Shown: in pieces, positions 46,010 through 58,829 of the stretch
Layout of the letters: the number at the start of each line of letters is the position of its first letter
How positions within the stretch are numbered: the stretch's first letter is position 1
Source of the DNA: Squalus acanthias
Lineage: Eukaryota
NCBI GenBank assembly: GCA_030390025.1
Contig: CM059425.1
Span: 168,766,001 to 168,830,000 of the forward strand
Direction: 5' to 3'
DNA: 64,000 nt
The notes under the pieces: generated by a model
The model's database searches: none
The model's input: the letters and a program-made list of their open reading frames with translations, nothing else
What the model was told of the DNA's origin: nothing
Translations under genes and position numbers: made by a program

Positions 46010-47167
46010 TGCAGTGTGTACATCGACAAGATGCAATGCAGCAACTCCCAAACCCACGACCTCTTCCACCTAGAAGGACAAGGGCAGCAGGCGCATGGGA
46101 ACACCACCACCTCCAAGTTCCCCTCCAAGTTACACACCATCCTGACATCGAAATATATCGCCGTTCCTTCATCGTCGCTGGGTCAAAATCCTGGAAAACT
46201 CTCCCTAACAGCACTGTGGGAGTACCTTCACCACACGGACTGCAGAGGTTCGAGAAGGCGGCTCACCACCACCTTCTCAAGGGCAATTAGGTATGGGCAA
46301 TAAATGCTGGCCTTGCCAGTGATGCCCACATCCCCTAAACGAATTTTAAGAAATTAAGAGTGAGGTCCATGTTATTGTGGGTGTGCAGACGAGTAACGCT
46401 GCATTATGCAGTGCAGCAAAGCGCTCACGAGAGCAACAAACTTGGGATTCATGAACAACATACAATAACAAATGGAAGAAGCTCAAGCCTTTGCACCAGC
46501 CTCACTGGGCATTTAAAGGAGGAAACGGCATGATTGGGTATTGTTTTGAACGTACTTCTTGCGTTTCACGCCTCTAAATTAATTTAAGTATTGTTTTAGG
46601 ATCTTATGGCACAGAAGGAGGCCGTTCAGCCCATCCTGCCTGTGCCAGCTCTTTGAAAGAGCTATCCAATTAGTCCCACTCCCCTGCTCTTACCCCATAG
46701 CCCTGCATTTTTTTTCCTTTAAGGATAGATCCAATTCCCTTTTGAAAGTTAAAAGGGAACGTCTGCAGTTTTTTAAATCCCGTGTTTTTTTTTACTATTC
46801 CCAGGTTATTTTAAAAAATCCACTCTTGCCTTCCAGACCCCTCTTTACTGCCGTAAAGGGTGCTAGAAACCTTATCTGCTGCTTTATTTTTGTAAGTCTG
46901 GAGCTCTTTAGTTCATTTGATAAAAGAAATGTAAAAAAAAAATAAACACACACAGCTCCACCTCCATTTGAGAGGGTGCCAGCATGCATATTAGTGACGC
47001 ACTCTAAGAACCAGCACTTTGTGTCTTCGAGCGAACTTCGTGGGGAGAGAGAGGGAAAACAAACGGCGTTGTGCTTGCGGCATCTTGCGACTTCAGTCGG
47101 GTGTAGCGGAGCGGTGCGGGATGGACGGGCTGCTTGTGCAGAGAGAGGGACAGACAGTGAGCCGGGT

Positions 47168-48908
47168 CATAAGAACATAACATAAGAACATAAGAAATAG
47201 GAGCAGGAATAGGCCACTTGGCCCCTCGAGCCTGCTCCGCCATTCAATAAGATCATGACTGATCTTGGTCTCAAAGCCATTTCCCCGCCCGCTCCCCTTA
47301 ACCCTTAATTCCCTTATCTTGCAAAAATTTGTCTATCTCCACCTTAAATGTATTTAATGACCCAGCCTCCACAGCTCTCTGGGACAGAGAATTCCACAGA
47401 ATTATGACCCTCTGAGAGAAGAAATTCCTGCTCATCTCAGTTCTAAAAGGGCGACCCTTTATTCTGAAACTATGCCCCCGAGTTCTAGATTCCCCCACAA
47501 GGGGAAACATCCTCTCTGCATCTACCTTGTCGAGCCCCCTCAGTATCTTATATGTTTCAATAAAATCACCTCTCATTCTTCTAAATTCCAATGAGTATAG
47601 ACCCAGTCTGCTCAACCTTTCCTCATAAGTCAACCCCCTCATCTCTGGAATTAACCTAGTGAATCGTCTCTGAACTACCTCCAATACAAGTATATCCTTG
47701 GAGACCAAAAGTGTACGCAGTACTCAAGGTGTGGTCTCACCAATACCTTTACAGTTGTAGCAGGACTTCCCTGCATTTATACTCCAACCCCTTTGAAATA
47801 AAGGCCAACATTCCATTTGCCTTTTTGATTACTTGCTGCACCTGCATGCTAACTTTTTGTGTTTCATGCACAAGGACCCCCAGGTCCCTCTGAACTGTAG
47901 CATTTTGTAATCTCCATTTAAATAATAATTTGCTTTTTTATTTTTCCTGCCAAAGTGGATAACCTCGCACTTTCCCACATTATACTCCATCTGCCAAATG
48001 TTTGCCCACTCACTTAGCCTGTCTATATCCCTTTGCAGATTCTTTGAGTCCTCTGCACAACTTGCTTTCCCACCCATCTTTGTATCATCTGCAAACTTGA
48101 CTACATTACACTCGGTCCCTTCATCCAAGTCATTAATGTAGATTGTAAATAGTTGAGGCCCCAGCACCGATCCCTGTGGCACCCCACTAGTTACCATTTG
48201 CCAACCGGAAAATTACCCATTTATCCCGACTCTCTGCTTTCTGTTAGTTAGCCAATTCTCTATCCATGCTAATATATTACCCCCAACCCCGTGAGCTCTT
48301 ATCTTATGCAGTAACCTTTTATGTGGCACCTTATCGAATGCCTTCTGGAAATCCAAAAACACCACATCTACTGGCTCACCCTTAACCACCCTGCTCGTTA
48401 CATCCTCAAAGAACTCCAGCAAGTTTGTTAAACATGATTTCCCTTTCATAAAACCATGCTGACTCTGCTTAACTGCATTATGATTTTCCAAATGCCCTGC
48501 TACTGCTTCCTTAATGAAAGCCCCCAGCATTTTCCCAACGACAGATGTTAGGTTAACTGGTCTATAGTTTCCTGCTTTCTGTCTCCCTCCTTTCTTAAAT
48601 AGGAGTGTTACATTTGCGGTTTTCCAATCCGCTGGGACCTCTCCAGAGTCCAGGGAATTTTGGTATATTGCAACCAATGCATCCACTATCTCTGCAGCCA
48701 CTTCTTTTAAGACCCTGGGATACAGGCCATCTGGTCCAGGGGACTTGTCATCTTTTAATCCCATTATTTTACCAAGTACTATTTCCTTAGTGATAGCGAT
48801 TGTCTTTAGTTCCGCCCTCCCTGTGGCCCCTTGATTATCCATTATTGGGATGTTGTTAGTGTCTTCTACCGTGAAGGCAGATACAAAATATTTGTTCAGA
48901 GTCTCTGC
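47168..48908 (-). mobile_element. CR1 LINE fragment (RT in three frameshifted ORFs)
   Basis: [43 protein letters not shown]; (cataagaa)n tail. Confidence 0.93.
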
Positions 48909-49796
48909 CATGCCAGGTCAGCACCATGTGAGTGTGGCTCTTGCTCCGGTGCCACTTTCAGGTCTGTGGTTGGTCCGTGCTTCACTGGAATTATTTTTAA
49001 TTTTTATACAGCAACAGAGAAATGGAAAGTACTGAGGGCTTCTGCAGAATTACAAGTGCCACGTCCATTCCAATGGGACAGCGGGTTTGTGAAAAATGCT
49101 TCTCCGAAACCATCAACCAATGCACAGCACTGGCACACAGCCGCAGAGACCTGGTCCCCCCTCAGAAGTCTATTTTTGATTGGCTATCGGCTTGAAATCT
49201 TCCCTTTGCTCTAACTTCCTGATTTAAACAATGGCGAGGAAAATTAAAATCATGACTTGAGATCGCGAGTTAAAGTAAATTTTTATTAAAAATCGCATGT
49301 CGAGAGTTAGCATTACTGCTATGTATAAAATGAGATGTTACGGTCACCGTGCTTCTAAATATCACCATCTGCTGGACATACCCATTGTAGCAGGGAATAT
49401 AAGAGTTACTTGATATCTGCAGTATTCTCTTAACAATGCAGATGCTGTATTGAAATAAATATTGAAAATAAAAGAGTTGACATGTCGTTAAGCCAAGCCT
49501 GTACGTGCTTGTTTCTCAATCTTTGTATTTCTATTCTGTATGTTCATAAAAAGCAGGTCCTGCAGTTGAGCGGATACAGTGTGCACAATTTTCCAGGATG
49601 CATGAGTGACGTTAAGCTGACAACATTATAGTCTGCTTTTTTCTTAGCCTCCAATAAAATCTATTTGTTTTTCAAAATTATTTCAAGAAACGCCACAGGA
49701 CAAATTTCAAAAACTTCATTCAGGTAATTTTTTTATTGAGTGTTTTCTAAAATAGAGCTTTTGTATGTCCACATATCTGCCATCATTAAGACTGCC

Positions 49797-51035
49797 TAGA
49801 AACATAGAAGAAACATAGAAAAATGGGAGCAGGAGTAGGCCATTCGGCCCTTCAAGCTTGCTCCGCCATGCAATATGATCATGGCTGATCCTCTATCTCA
49901 ATACCATATTCCTGCTCTCTCCCCATACCCCTTAATGCTTTTTGTGTCTAGAAATCTATCTATCCTGCACCTATTTATCTATGTTTCTATTTCTATCTCC
50001 TTAAATATATTTAGTGACTTGACCTCCACAGCCTTCTGTGGTAGAGAATTCCACAGGTTCACTACCCTCTGAGTGAAGAAATTTCTCCTCATCTCAGTCC
50101 TAAGACTGTGACCCCTCATTCTAGACCCACCAGCCAGGGGAAACATCCTCCCTGCATCCAGTCTGTCTAGCCCTGTCAGAATTTTATACGTTTCAATGAG
50201 ATCCCCTCTCATTCTTCTAAACTCTAGTGAATACAGGCCTAGTCGACCCAATCTCTTCTCATATGACAGTCCTGCCATCCCAGGAATCAGTCTGGTGAAC
50301 CTTCGCTGCACTCCCTCCATGGCAAGTATACCCTTTCTTAGGTAAGGAGACTAAAACTGCACACAGTACTCCAGGTGTGGTCTCACCAAGGCCCTGTATA
50401 ACTGTAGTAAGACATCCTTGCTCCTGTACTCAAATCCTCTTGCAATGAAGGCCAACATACCATTTGCCTTCCTAACTGCCTGCTGCACCTGCATGTTTGC
50501 TTTCAGTGACTGGTGTACAAGGACACCCGGGTCCCTTTGTACATTTCCCAATCTATCACCATTTAAATAATACTCTGCCTTTCTGTTTTTCCTACCGAAG
50601 TGGATAACTTCACATTTATCCACGTTATACTGCATCTGCCATGTATTTGCCCACTCACTCAATTTGTCTAAATCGCCTTGAAGCCTCTTTGCATCCTCCT
50701 CGCAACTCACAATCCCACCTAGTTTCCTGTTGTCAGCAAACTTGGAAATATTACATTTGGTTCCCTCATCCAAATCATTGATATATATTGTGAATAGCTG
50801 GGGCCCAAGCACTGATCCCTGCGGTACCCCACTAGTCACCGCCTGCCACCCTGAAAAAGACCCATTTATTCCTACTCTCTGTTTCCTGTCTGTTAACCAA
50901 TTTTCAATCCATGCCAGTATATTACCCCCAATCCCATGTGCTTTAATTTTGCACACTAACCTCTTATGTGGGACTTTATCAAAGGCCAACTGAAAATCCA
51001 AATACACCACATCCACTGGTTCTCCCTTATCTATT
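49797..51035 (-). mobile_element. CR1 LINE fragment
   Basis: YLDFQLAFDKVPH...[13 protein letters not shown]...[11 protein letters not shown]. Confidence 0.92.
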
Positions 51036-51039
51036 CTAC

Positions 51040-51688
51040 CACCTACGTAACATCGCCCAACTCTACCCCTGCCTCAGCTCATCTGCTACTGAAACCCTCA
51101 TCCATGCCTTTGTTACCTCTAGACTTGACTATTACAATGCACTCCTGGCCAGCCTCCCATCTTCTACCCTCCGTAAACTAAAGCTCATTCAAAACTTTGC
51201 TGCCCATATCCTAACTTGCACCAAGTCCCGTTCAAAAATCACCCCTGTGCTCGCTGGCCTACAATGAATGGCTCCCGGTTGATCCACACCTCGATTTTAA
51301 AATTCTCATCCTTGCTTTCAAATCCCTCCATGGCCTTGCCCCTCCCTATCTCTGTAACCTCCTACAGCCCTACAACCCTCTGAGATAGCTATGCTCCTCC
51401 AATGCTGGTCTCTTGCGCATCTCCCATTTTAATCGCTCCACCATTGGCGGCCGTGCCTTCAGCTGCCAAAGCCCGAAGCTCTGGAATTCCTTCACTAAAC
51501 CTCTCCGCCTCTCTTGCCTCCTTTAAGATGCTTCTTAAAACTTACCCCTGACCAAGCTTTTGGTCATCTGCCCTAATATCTCCTTATGTTCCTCGGTGCC
51601 AAATTTTGTCTGATAATGCTCCTGTGAAGAGCCTTGGGACGTTTTACTATGTTAACGGTGCTATATAAATGCTAGCTGTTGTTGTTGT
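51040..51688 (+). mobile_element. L2 3' fragment
   Basis: LRNIAQL...ETLIHAFVTSRLDYYNALL; (gtt)n tail. Confidence 0.88.
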
Positions 51689-51873
51689 CTAGGTGTGTGA
51701 TACAGAGAAAGAGAAAAAAATCATAACAGACTAATAATTACACATTTGTTGTTGCTTTAGTTGGGTGGTTGGGCTAGGAGGGGTTGCTAACCCTCTCGGA
51801 TTGTCCGGGAGTGTCCTGGAAGGAGGACTGGTCCCCGGGCACTGCTGCTGACAACCTGGAAGAAAAATACATT

Positions 51874-52613
51874 GGCCCAAAAATTAGTCTTAGTACGCGA
51901 GAGTACGCACTGTGTACTCTCGCGTATTCTGTCTCCAATTGCCGGTTTTCTGCATGCACTGCGCATGCGCTGAAAACCGGCACTTGGTGAACTCAAAAGG
52001 GGGCGGTTCCTAAGTGAACCGCATGCGCGCTACAGGCTGCGTGCACGCAGTACACTTAGTGCTTTGAACGCGCAGGTAAGCATGGAAGATTTTGCACATA
52101 AAGAAAGGAGGTGTAAGACCCTCTTTTAACAAGGTAAGTAGTTAATTAAGTATTATTTAAAAAAAATTTCAACAGGTTTATCTTTTTTAGAGACTTTAAA
52201 GAAAGGTAAGTTTATTTTTATAACTTTCAAAAAGATTTTAAATTTTTTCAAAAATTTAATTTTTTGTTTAAAGTGGTTAATTTATTTAACTATACTTATT
52301 TTATTAATGTGATGTTTTTTTTAATTTAATTGAGGTTTAGCTGTTCTTTTGGGGGGGTATAGATTCATAGCTTTGACAGCCCTTGCTGTCAAAACAATGA
52401 ATGAAAGATGGTGTGCTGCCATTGGCTCTAACTGAATCACGTGATCCCACAGCTCACACGAATTAACTGTGTCTGTGGGATACGCACACACTGCACAGCT
52501 GCAGCCTTGAAACTAAAGTTCGTGTGAGCTCGGAAGGAAAAGGCAGGTGCGCAGTGAGATATCGCGGGGAAGCCTTACCCCCGCAGGAAGGCTCTGTCTT
52601 TAATTTCTGGGCC
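51874..52613. mobile_element. Related MITE in the opposite orientation
   Basis: TIR GGCCCAAAAATTA / TAATTTCTGGGCC; shares the gcgcatgcg/aaaccggcactt motifs and AT core with 58067-58829. Confidence 0.75.
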
Positions 52614-52699
52614 ACTGCATTCTCAGTTTTGCATCTGTGTACTTTCATTTCTCTCAAGTCAGAGAGTAGATCGCAACTATAGCTAGGGAAGTCACAGTA

Positions 52700-53440
52700 A
52701 TAATTTAATGCATCCGCAGTATTTTGCTATCGTAATAATTCAATGTATCGATTTCCTGCCGCAAACGTGATTCTCCCTGGCCCTGATCTTAGCAGGAGCG
52801 TTAGGTGGTTATCCCTACCCAGTATGTGATGGAGTGAGCCTTTGGCGCAGTGGCAGCATTCCCGCTTCTGGGCCACAAGGTGCAGCGTTCGCAACCTCAC
52901 TCCAGACAGTCCCGGTGACTGGAGTCGGAGCTCCGGCTTTGAATTCTGGGTTGACATCCAGCGGGATACTCGGTGAGTGTGGAGCCCATAAAACCCTCCC
53001 ACTGTATAGGACTGACCACCCTATCTATCAGCTGGTATACAGATGGTTACGGCCATGGAAGGAGCGTTAACTAGGCCAAACAGACTGTTAATCAGCCTGT
53101 GTAATCCTTCCACTACTTCACACTGAAGACCCAGAATGTGCCTTATCCAGTTTAGAAAAAGACAGGCAGCAGGCAGAACGATGCCTGGGGAATAAACTTG
53201 CAGTTGGGCAGTTCGGCCGAGCTCGCGATCTCGCGCTTCAGAATTTCAAACTTTCGCTGCAACACCGTCGACTCCTGAGTAAACCGGCACACACTGAGAA
53301 TGCTGGGAGATGTAGTTCAATTCTCGTCATCACACCGTCCGGAGCCGTGGGAGTCTGGCTCGGCGAGAACTACACCTACCGCCATGCACTGCTTCGCACC
53401 ATTCACCTGCGAATCGGCAGTGTGCGATCTGCTGAGACTT
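52700..53440. promoter_or_regulatory. CpG-rich promoter-like region with ZNF143/THAP11-type motifs
   Basis: ACTACATCTCCCAGCATT (- strand, 53299-53316), ACTACACCTACCGCCATGC (+, 53369-53387), CTCGCGATCTCGCG (53222-53235), candidate donor CG|GTGAGT at 52973. Confidence 0.5.
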
Positions 53441-53444
53441 GGGT

Positions 53445-53947
53445 GGGGGAGGAGAGATAGTGGAGAGTGAGGGGGAGATGGGTACAGAGCGAGATAGTGC
53501 CGAGTGAGGAGGAGATGGGGTACAGAGTGAGAGAGATAGTGGAGAGTGAGGGGGAGATGGGTACAGAGCGAGATAGTGCCGAGTGAGGGGGAGATGGGGT
53601 ACAGAGTGAGAGAGATAGTGGAGAGTGAGGAGGAGATGAGTACAGAGCGAGATAGTGCCGAGTGAGGGGGAGATGGGGTACAGAGTGAGAGAGATAGTGG
53701 AGAGTGAGGGGGAGATGGGTACAGAGTGAGAGAGATAGTGGAGAGTGAGGGGGAGATGGGTACAGAGCGAGAGAGATATGGGGGAGAGTGAGGGGGAGAT
53801 GGGGTACAGAGCGAGAGAGATAGTGGAGAGTGAGGGGGAGATGGGTACAGAGCGAGAGAGGTAGTGGGGAGATGGGGGAGAGTGAGGGGGAGATGGGGTA
53901 CAGAGCGAGAGAGATAGTGGAGAGTGAGGGGGAGATGGGGTACAGAG
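53445..53947 (+). repeat. Purine-rich minisatellite, unit about 37-42 bp (GGGGGAGATGGG(G)TACAGAG(C/T)GAGA(GAGA)TAGTGGAGAGTGA)
   Basis: About 12 tandem variant units read directly. Confidence 0.92.
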
Positions 53948-55851
53948 TTCTTTTGCCAATCACCTTAAATCTGTGTCCTCTGATTCTCGACCCTTCTGCC
54001 AATGGGAACAGTTTCCCTCTATCTACTCTGTCAAGACCCCTCATGATTTTGAACACCTCTATCAAATCTCTCCAATCTTCTCTGCTCCAAGGAGAACAAC
54101 CCCAGCTTCTCCAGTCTATCAACATAACTGAAGTCCCTCATTCCTGGAATCATTCTCGTAAATCTTTTCTGCACCTTCTCTAAGGCCTTCACATTCTTCC
54201 TAAAGTGTGGTGCGCAGAATTGGACACAGTACTCCAGTTGGGGCTGAACCAGTGTTTATACAGGTTCAACATAATTTTCACACTTTTGTACTCTATACCT
54301 CTATTTATGAAGCCCAGGATCCCATAAGCCTTTTTAACTGCTTTCTCAACCTGCCCTGCCACCTTCAACAAATTATGCACATATACCCCCAGGTCTCTCT
54401 GTTCGTGCACCCCCTTTAGAATTGTACCATTTAATTTATATGTCCTCTCCTCATTCTACCAAAATGTATCACTTCACACTTTTCTGCGTTAAATTTCATC
54501 TGCCACGTGTCTGCCCATTTCACCAGCCTGTTTATGTCTTCCTGAAATCTATCACTCTCCTCCTCACTGTTCACTATACTTCCAAGTTTTGTGTCATCTG
54601 CAAATTTTGAAATTGTGCCCTGTACACCCACGTCCAAGTCATTAATATATATCAAGAAAAGCAGTGGTCTTAGAACTGACCCCTGGGGAACACCACTGAA
54701 TACATTCCTCCAGTCCGAAAAACAACCGTTCACCACTACTCTCTGTTTCCTGTCACTTAGCCAATTCCGTATCCATGCTGCCACTGTTCCTTTTATTCCA
54801 TGGGCTTCAACTTTTATGTAGCCTATTATGTAGCACTTTGTCGAACGCATTTTGGAAATCCATGTACACTATGTCAACCGCATTGCCCTCATCAACTCTC
54901 TCTGTTACCTCATCAAAAAACTCGATCAAGTTGGTTAAACACGATTTGCCTTTAACAAATCCGTGCTGGCTTTCCTTAATTAATACACATTTGTCCAAGT
55001 GACTGTTAATTTTGGCCCTGATTACTGTTTCTAAAACCTTCTCCACTACCGAGGTTAAACTGACTGGCCTGTAGTTGCTGGTTTTTTTTGAACAATGGTG
55101 TAACATTTGCAATTCTCCAGTCCTCTGGCACCACCCCTCCTGGATTGGAATATTATGGCCCGTACCTCCGCGATTTCTGCCCTCAATTCTCTCAGCATCC
55201 TTGGATGCATCCCATCCGCTCCTGGTGATTGATCTACTTTAAGTACAGCCAGCCTTTCTAATACCTCCTCTTTATCAATTTTTATCCTATCAAGTGTCTC
55301 CACTACCTCCTCCTTCACTATGTCTATGGTAGCATCCTCTTCCTTGGTGAAGACAGATGAAAAGTACTCATTTAGTACCTCAGCCATACCCTCTGCCTCC
55401 ATGCATAGGTCTCCTTTTTGGTCCCTAATCGGCCCCACCCCTCCTCTTACTATCCATTTACTATTTATATGCCTATAGAAGACTTTTGGATTACCTTTTA
55501 TGTTAGCTGCCATTCTATTCTCATGCCCTCTCTTTGCCACTCTTACTTTCTTTTTCACTTCTCCTCTGACCTTTCTGTATATAGCCTGATTCTCAGATGT
55601 ATTTGCAACCTGACATCTGTCATACGCGCTCTTTTTCTGCTTCATCATATTGGCTATCTGGTTCGTCATCCAGGGAGCTCTGACTTTAGTTGCCTTACCT
55701 TTCCCCCTCATGGGAATGTACCTTGACTGTACCCGAACTATTTCCTCTTTAAAGGCAGCCCATTGTTCCACTACAGTTTTGCCTGCCAATCTTTGATTCC
55801 AGTTTATCCAGGCCAGATCCGTTCTCATCCCACTGAAATTGGCCTTCCCCC
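53948..55851 (-). mobile_element. CR1 internal fragment lacking its 3' tail, embedded in a minisatellite
   Basis: WGKANFSGMR...NPKVFYRHIN...[14 protein letters not shown]...KFADDTK...[11 protein letters not shown], then an abrupt end. Confidence 0.9.
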
Positions 55852-56720
55852 AGATAGTGGAGAGTGAGAGGAAGATGGGGTACAGAGAGGAATAGGAGAG
55901 AGAGGGAGGTAGAGAGAGAGATATAGAGAGATTGGGGAAGGGTGACAGAGAGAAAGAGATGGAGACACAGAGAGAGAGATGGGAGAGATAGGCAGAGAGA
56001 TGGAGGTACAGCGAAAGAGAGAGCGATGGGGAAGTGTAATGGAGAGAGAGAGAGAGAGATGGGGGTACAAAGAGGAATGGAAGAGAGATGGAGGTAGAGC
56101 GAGGAAAGGGAGAGATGGGAAAGTGTGACGGGGAGATAGATGGAAGTACAGAGAGAAGAATGGGAGAGAGATGGAGGTACAGAAAAAGAGGTGGGGGAAG
56201 ATTCATGCAGAGAGAGAGAAGGGGGTACAGAGATATGAATGGGAGATATGGGGGTACAGAGAGAGAGAATGAGACTCAGGGGTGGGGAAAGAGATCGAGA
56301 CCAGTGGAGGGGGGAGAGAGAGGGATGGAGACGTGAAAGGAAGAGATTGACGTGGCCGAGGGAGAGGAGTGTGGGAGAGATTGGGGGAGGAAGAGAGAGA
56401 GAGAGACCGGGCAGGTAGAGAGAGGGTAGACACTGAGGGCAAGAGATAGTGAGATACAGGGAAAAGAGGAAGGGGAGGCAGATGAGAGAAAGAAACTAAT
56501 TAGTGGGAAAAAGACTGAGAGAGACGGGAAAGTGATTGACGGAGTGATATGAGGAAGAGAGAATGGAAGGGGGGGGGGGCAGAAACCAGAGGGGTTGAGG
56601 AGCGAGACCATAGGCAAGGGTGATAAAGGGAAAGAGACAAAGGGGGAGTGGAGAGAAGATGAGAAGGGAGGAGACTGATAGATGGAAGGCGGGACAGGAC
56701 AGAGGAGGGCGATGAGGAGG
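55852..56720 (+). repeat. GA-rich low-complexity tract, degenerate continuation of the minisatellite
   Basis: Starts agatagtggagagtgag...ggggtacagag; recurrent gatggaggtacag-like units. Confidence 0.85.
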
Positions 56721-58066
56721 GTGTTCAAATTTTTTAGGCTGCACCAGATGGTTTCCTTGAGTCCAGTGACAAAAGTCATTCCTGTAGGTAAGCCCACATG
56801 CCCAGTTAACTGAAGTGACTTTAGATGCCAATATCTGGTAATGTAGCATTGCCCATGGTCAATCAGAACATGTATTTGGATAATGGAAGGATAATCCAGT
56901 GGTTCTCAAACTGGGGTCCGCGCAGACAGGCCGTGAACAGCAGAGGGGGTGGAATAAAACCCCTGAAACACTCAGCAGCTGTGCAGTGAGTAGGCGAGCG
57001 GTGGAGCGTTACACCTGAAACAGTGCCAGTGTTCCCAACAGGTGCCACGATCCTAATCCCGCGCCAGGAAGAGCAGGGAGGTGTTGTGCGGTGAAGTATT
57101 CATCAGGCATGTTACTGGACCTGTAGGGTTATCTTTCAGCTGAAGGGAAGATAAAAGTTTTCACATCACCAATCACATCAATGTTCACTGGGGGTGATCA
57201 TGACTCCTGTCTCCATGGGAAGATGTTTTTGATTTGTTTGGCACCTTCAGGGACTGCATTGCGTGATGGTTGTGTTGGGCACCAGGTGGTGATTTTTAAA
57301 AAACGTTTTTGTAAAGCATTTTCAGTTTTTGCAAAGACCTGGGACCCGTTGGAGATTAAATAAAGCCTGTAATTAGGTTTATAAACCAAAAAATAGCAAC
57401 TCATGATTTTTTCCAAATCTCATGATTTTTAAGAGGTTGTCTTATGATTTTTGAGACACTAGGGTTGGCATTACTGTAATTATCACAGACTTCACAGCAG
57501 GAAATAAGTTAAGCATTGCTTTGAAATTGCACAGCCTGATTAATTAAGAGTACTGTCTCTCGTTTCAAAAAAACAATTTTATTACCCAAATGCTAGATCC
57601 CAAGTATTTACTCTTGCATATTTTGAAGTCACTAATGAAGATTAAACTACAATCCCAAGGTTTACTAATTGTATGCATCATCTATTGTTTAGGTTGCATT
57701 AAAAACTGCGGGACAATAATGCAATAAGATTTGCAAACTGTGGGCAGATGTCACGTAATCAGGTGTCACATGGCTGGATGTCACATGCTCAAGCGTGATC
57801 AGACCTTCAGGAATACGTCAAACCAGAATTGGCAACGCCAGTGGTCAGGCTAGCAGGCAGGCCAAGTGGTAGCCAGGAGAGTCGAGCGAACAGGCAGGAC
57901 AAGAAATATCTAGCTATAGGGGAGAGGAGCAGAATAAATGGATGAGAAATAGTCATGACCCATTTCCGACAAGTCTTGACCCATTCTGCTCCTAGACTGC
58001 CTTGACTTGTTTCCCCCCTGCTCCCAGCCTATCCTGATCCTAGCTTGCTCTAATCTAAAGTTTATT

Positions 58067-58829
58067 GGGCCAGAAATTCGGCTTTCCGGCTTCCTGCGGG
58101 TGCAAGCATCGCGTGCGTACTTGCCTACCGCGCCTGCTGTTGTGCTTTGGGCCCACGAGGACTTCGGGTCCTGGGCCTCCTCCAGCTGCCGGCGCACAGT
58201 GCTTGTGTATCCCAGGGGCGCAGTTAGTTCGAAGCGTCCCCTGGGATCACGTGGGCCATGGAGAGCCAATCCTAACAGGGCATTTTCATTCATAGATTTG
58301 ACAGGAAGACCTGTCAAATCTATGAATAGAGATTGGCCCCAAAACCACACTTAAACTTCAAATACATTTTTTTTTTAACTCACATTTTTAAAATAACTAT
58401 AGGTTACATAAATTAACTACTTTAAACATAAATTTAAATTTTTGAAAAATTAATTATACTTTTTAACGGTGCTAAAAATAAACTTACCTTTCTTTAAAGT
58501 ATCTAAAAAAGATATACCTGTTGAAAAAATGTTTAAATTGTAATTAATTAACCACTTACCTTGTTAAAAACAGGCCTTGCGCCTCCTTTTTAAAAGTGCA
58601 GCTTCTCCATACTTACCCTCCTGGAGAAACCTGAAAAAAAACCTGAAGTTCGCTGCGTGCGCGCAGCCCCTCCCGCGCACGCGTTCGACTTCTGAACCCC
58701 TTCCTTCAGGGGAACGGAAGTTCCGGTTTCCCACGCATGCGCAGTGCATGCTGGAAACCGGCACTTCAGATGGCCTTACGGGTGAGTACACAGCGCGTAC
58801 TCACCCGACAAGAGCCGAATTTCTGGCCC
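58067..58829. mobile_element. Harbinger-type MITE with perfect 16-bp TIRs
   Basis: GGGCCAGAAATTCGGC / GCCGAATTTCTGGCCC; GC-rich arms, AT-rich core, internal hairpin 58287-58327. Confidence 0.82.

Noticed and set aside
49480..49665. Short minus-strand exon-like reading frame (ILLEAKKKADYN...)
   Set aside because: Weak acceptor, no recognisable homology and no partner exons.
53445..53947. Regularly spaced repeats resembling a CRISPR array
   Set aside because: Tandem units without unique spacers, in a vertebrate genome, with no cas genes.
53330..54183. Long ORFs (209-240 aa) rich in S/P/L/H
   Set aside because: They are translations of the purine-rich minisatellite and adjoining CR1, not genes.
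55825..56849. Several overlapping ORFs
   Set aside because: Low-complexity GA tract depleted of stop codons on the minus strand.
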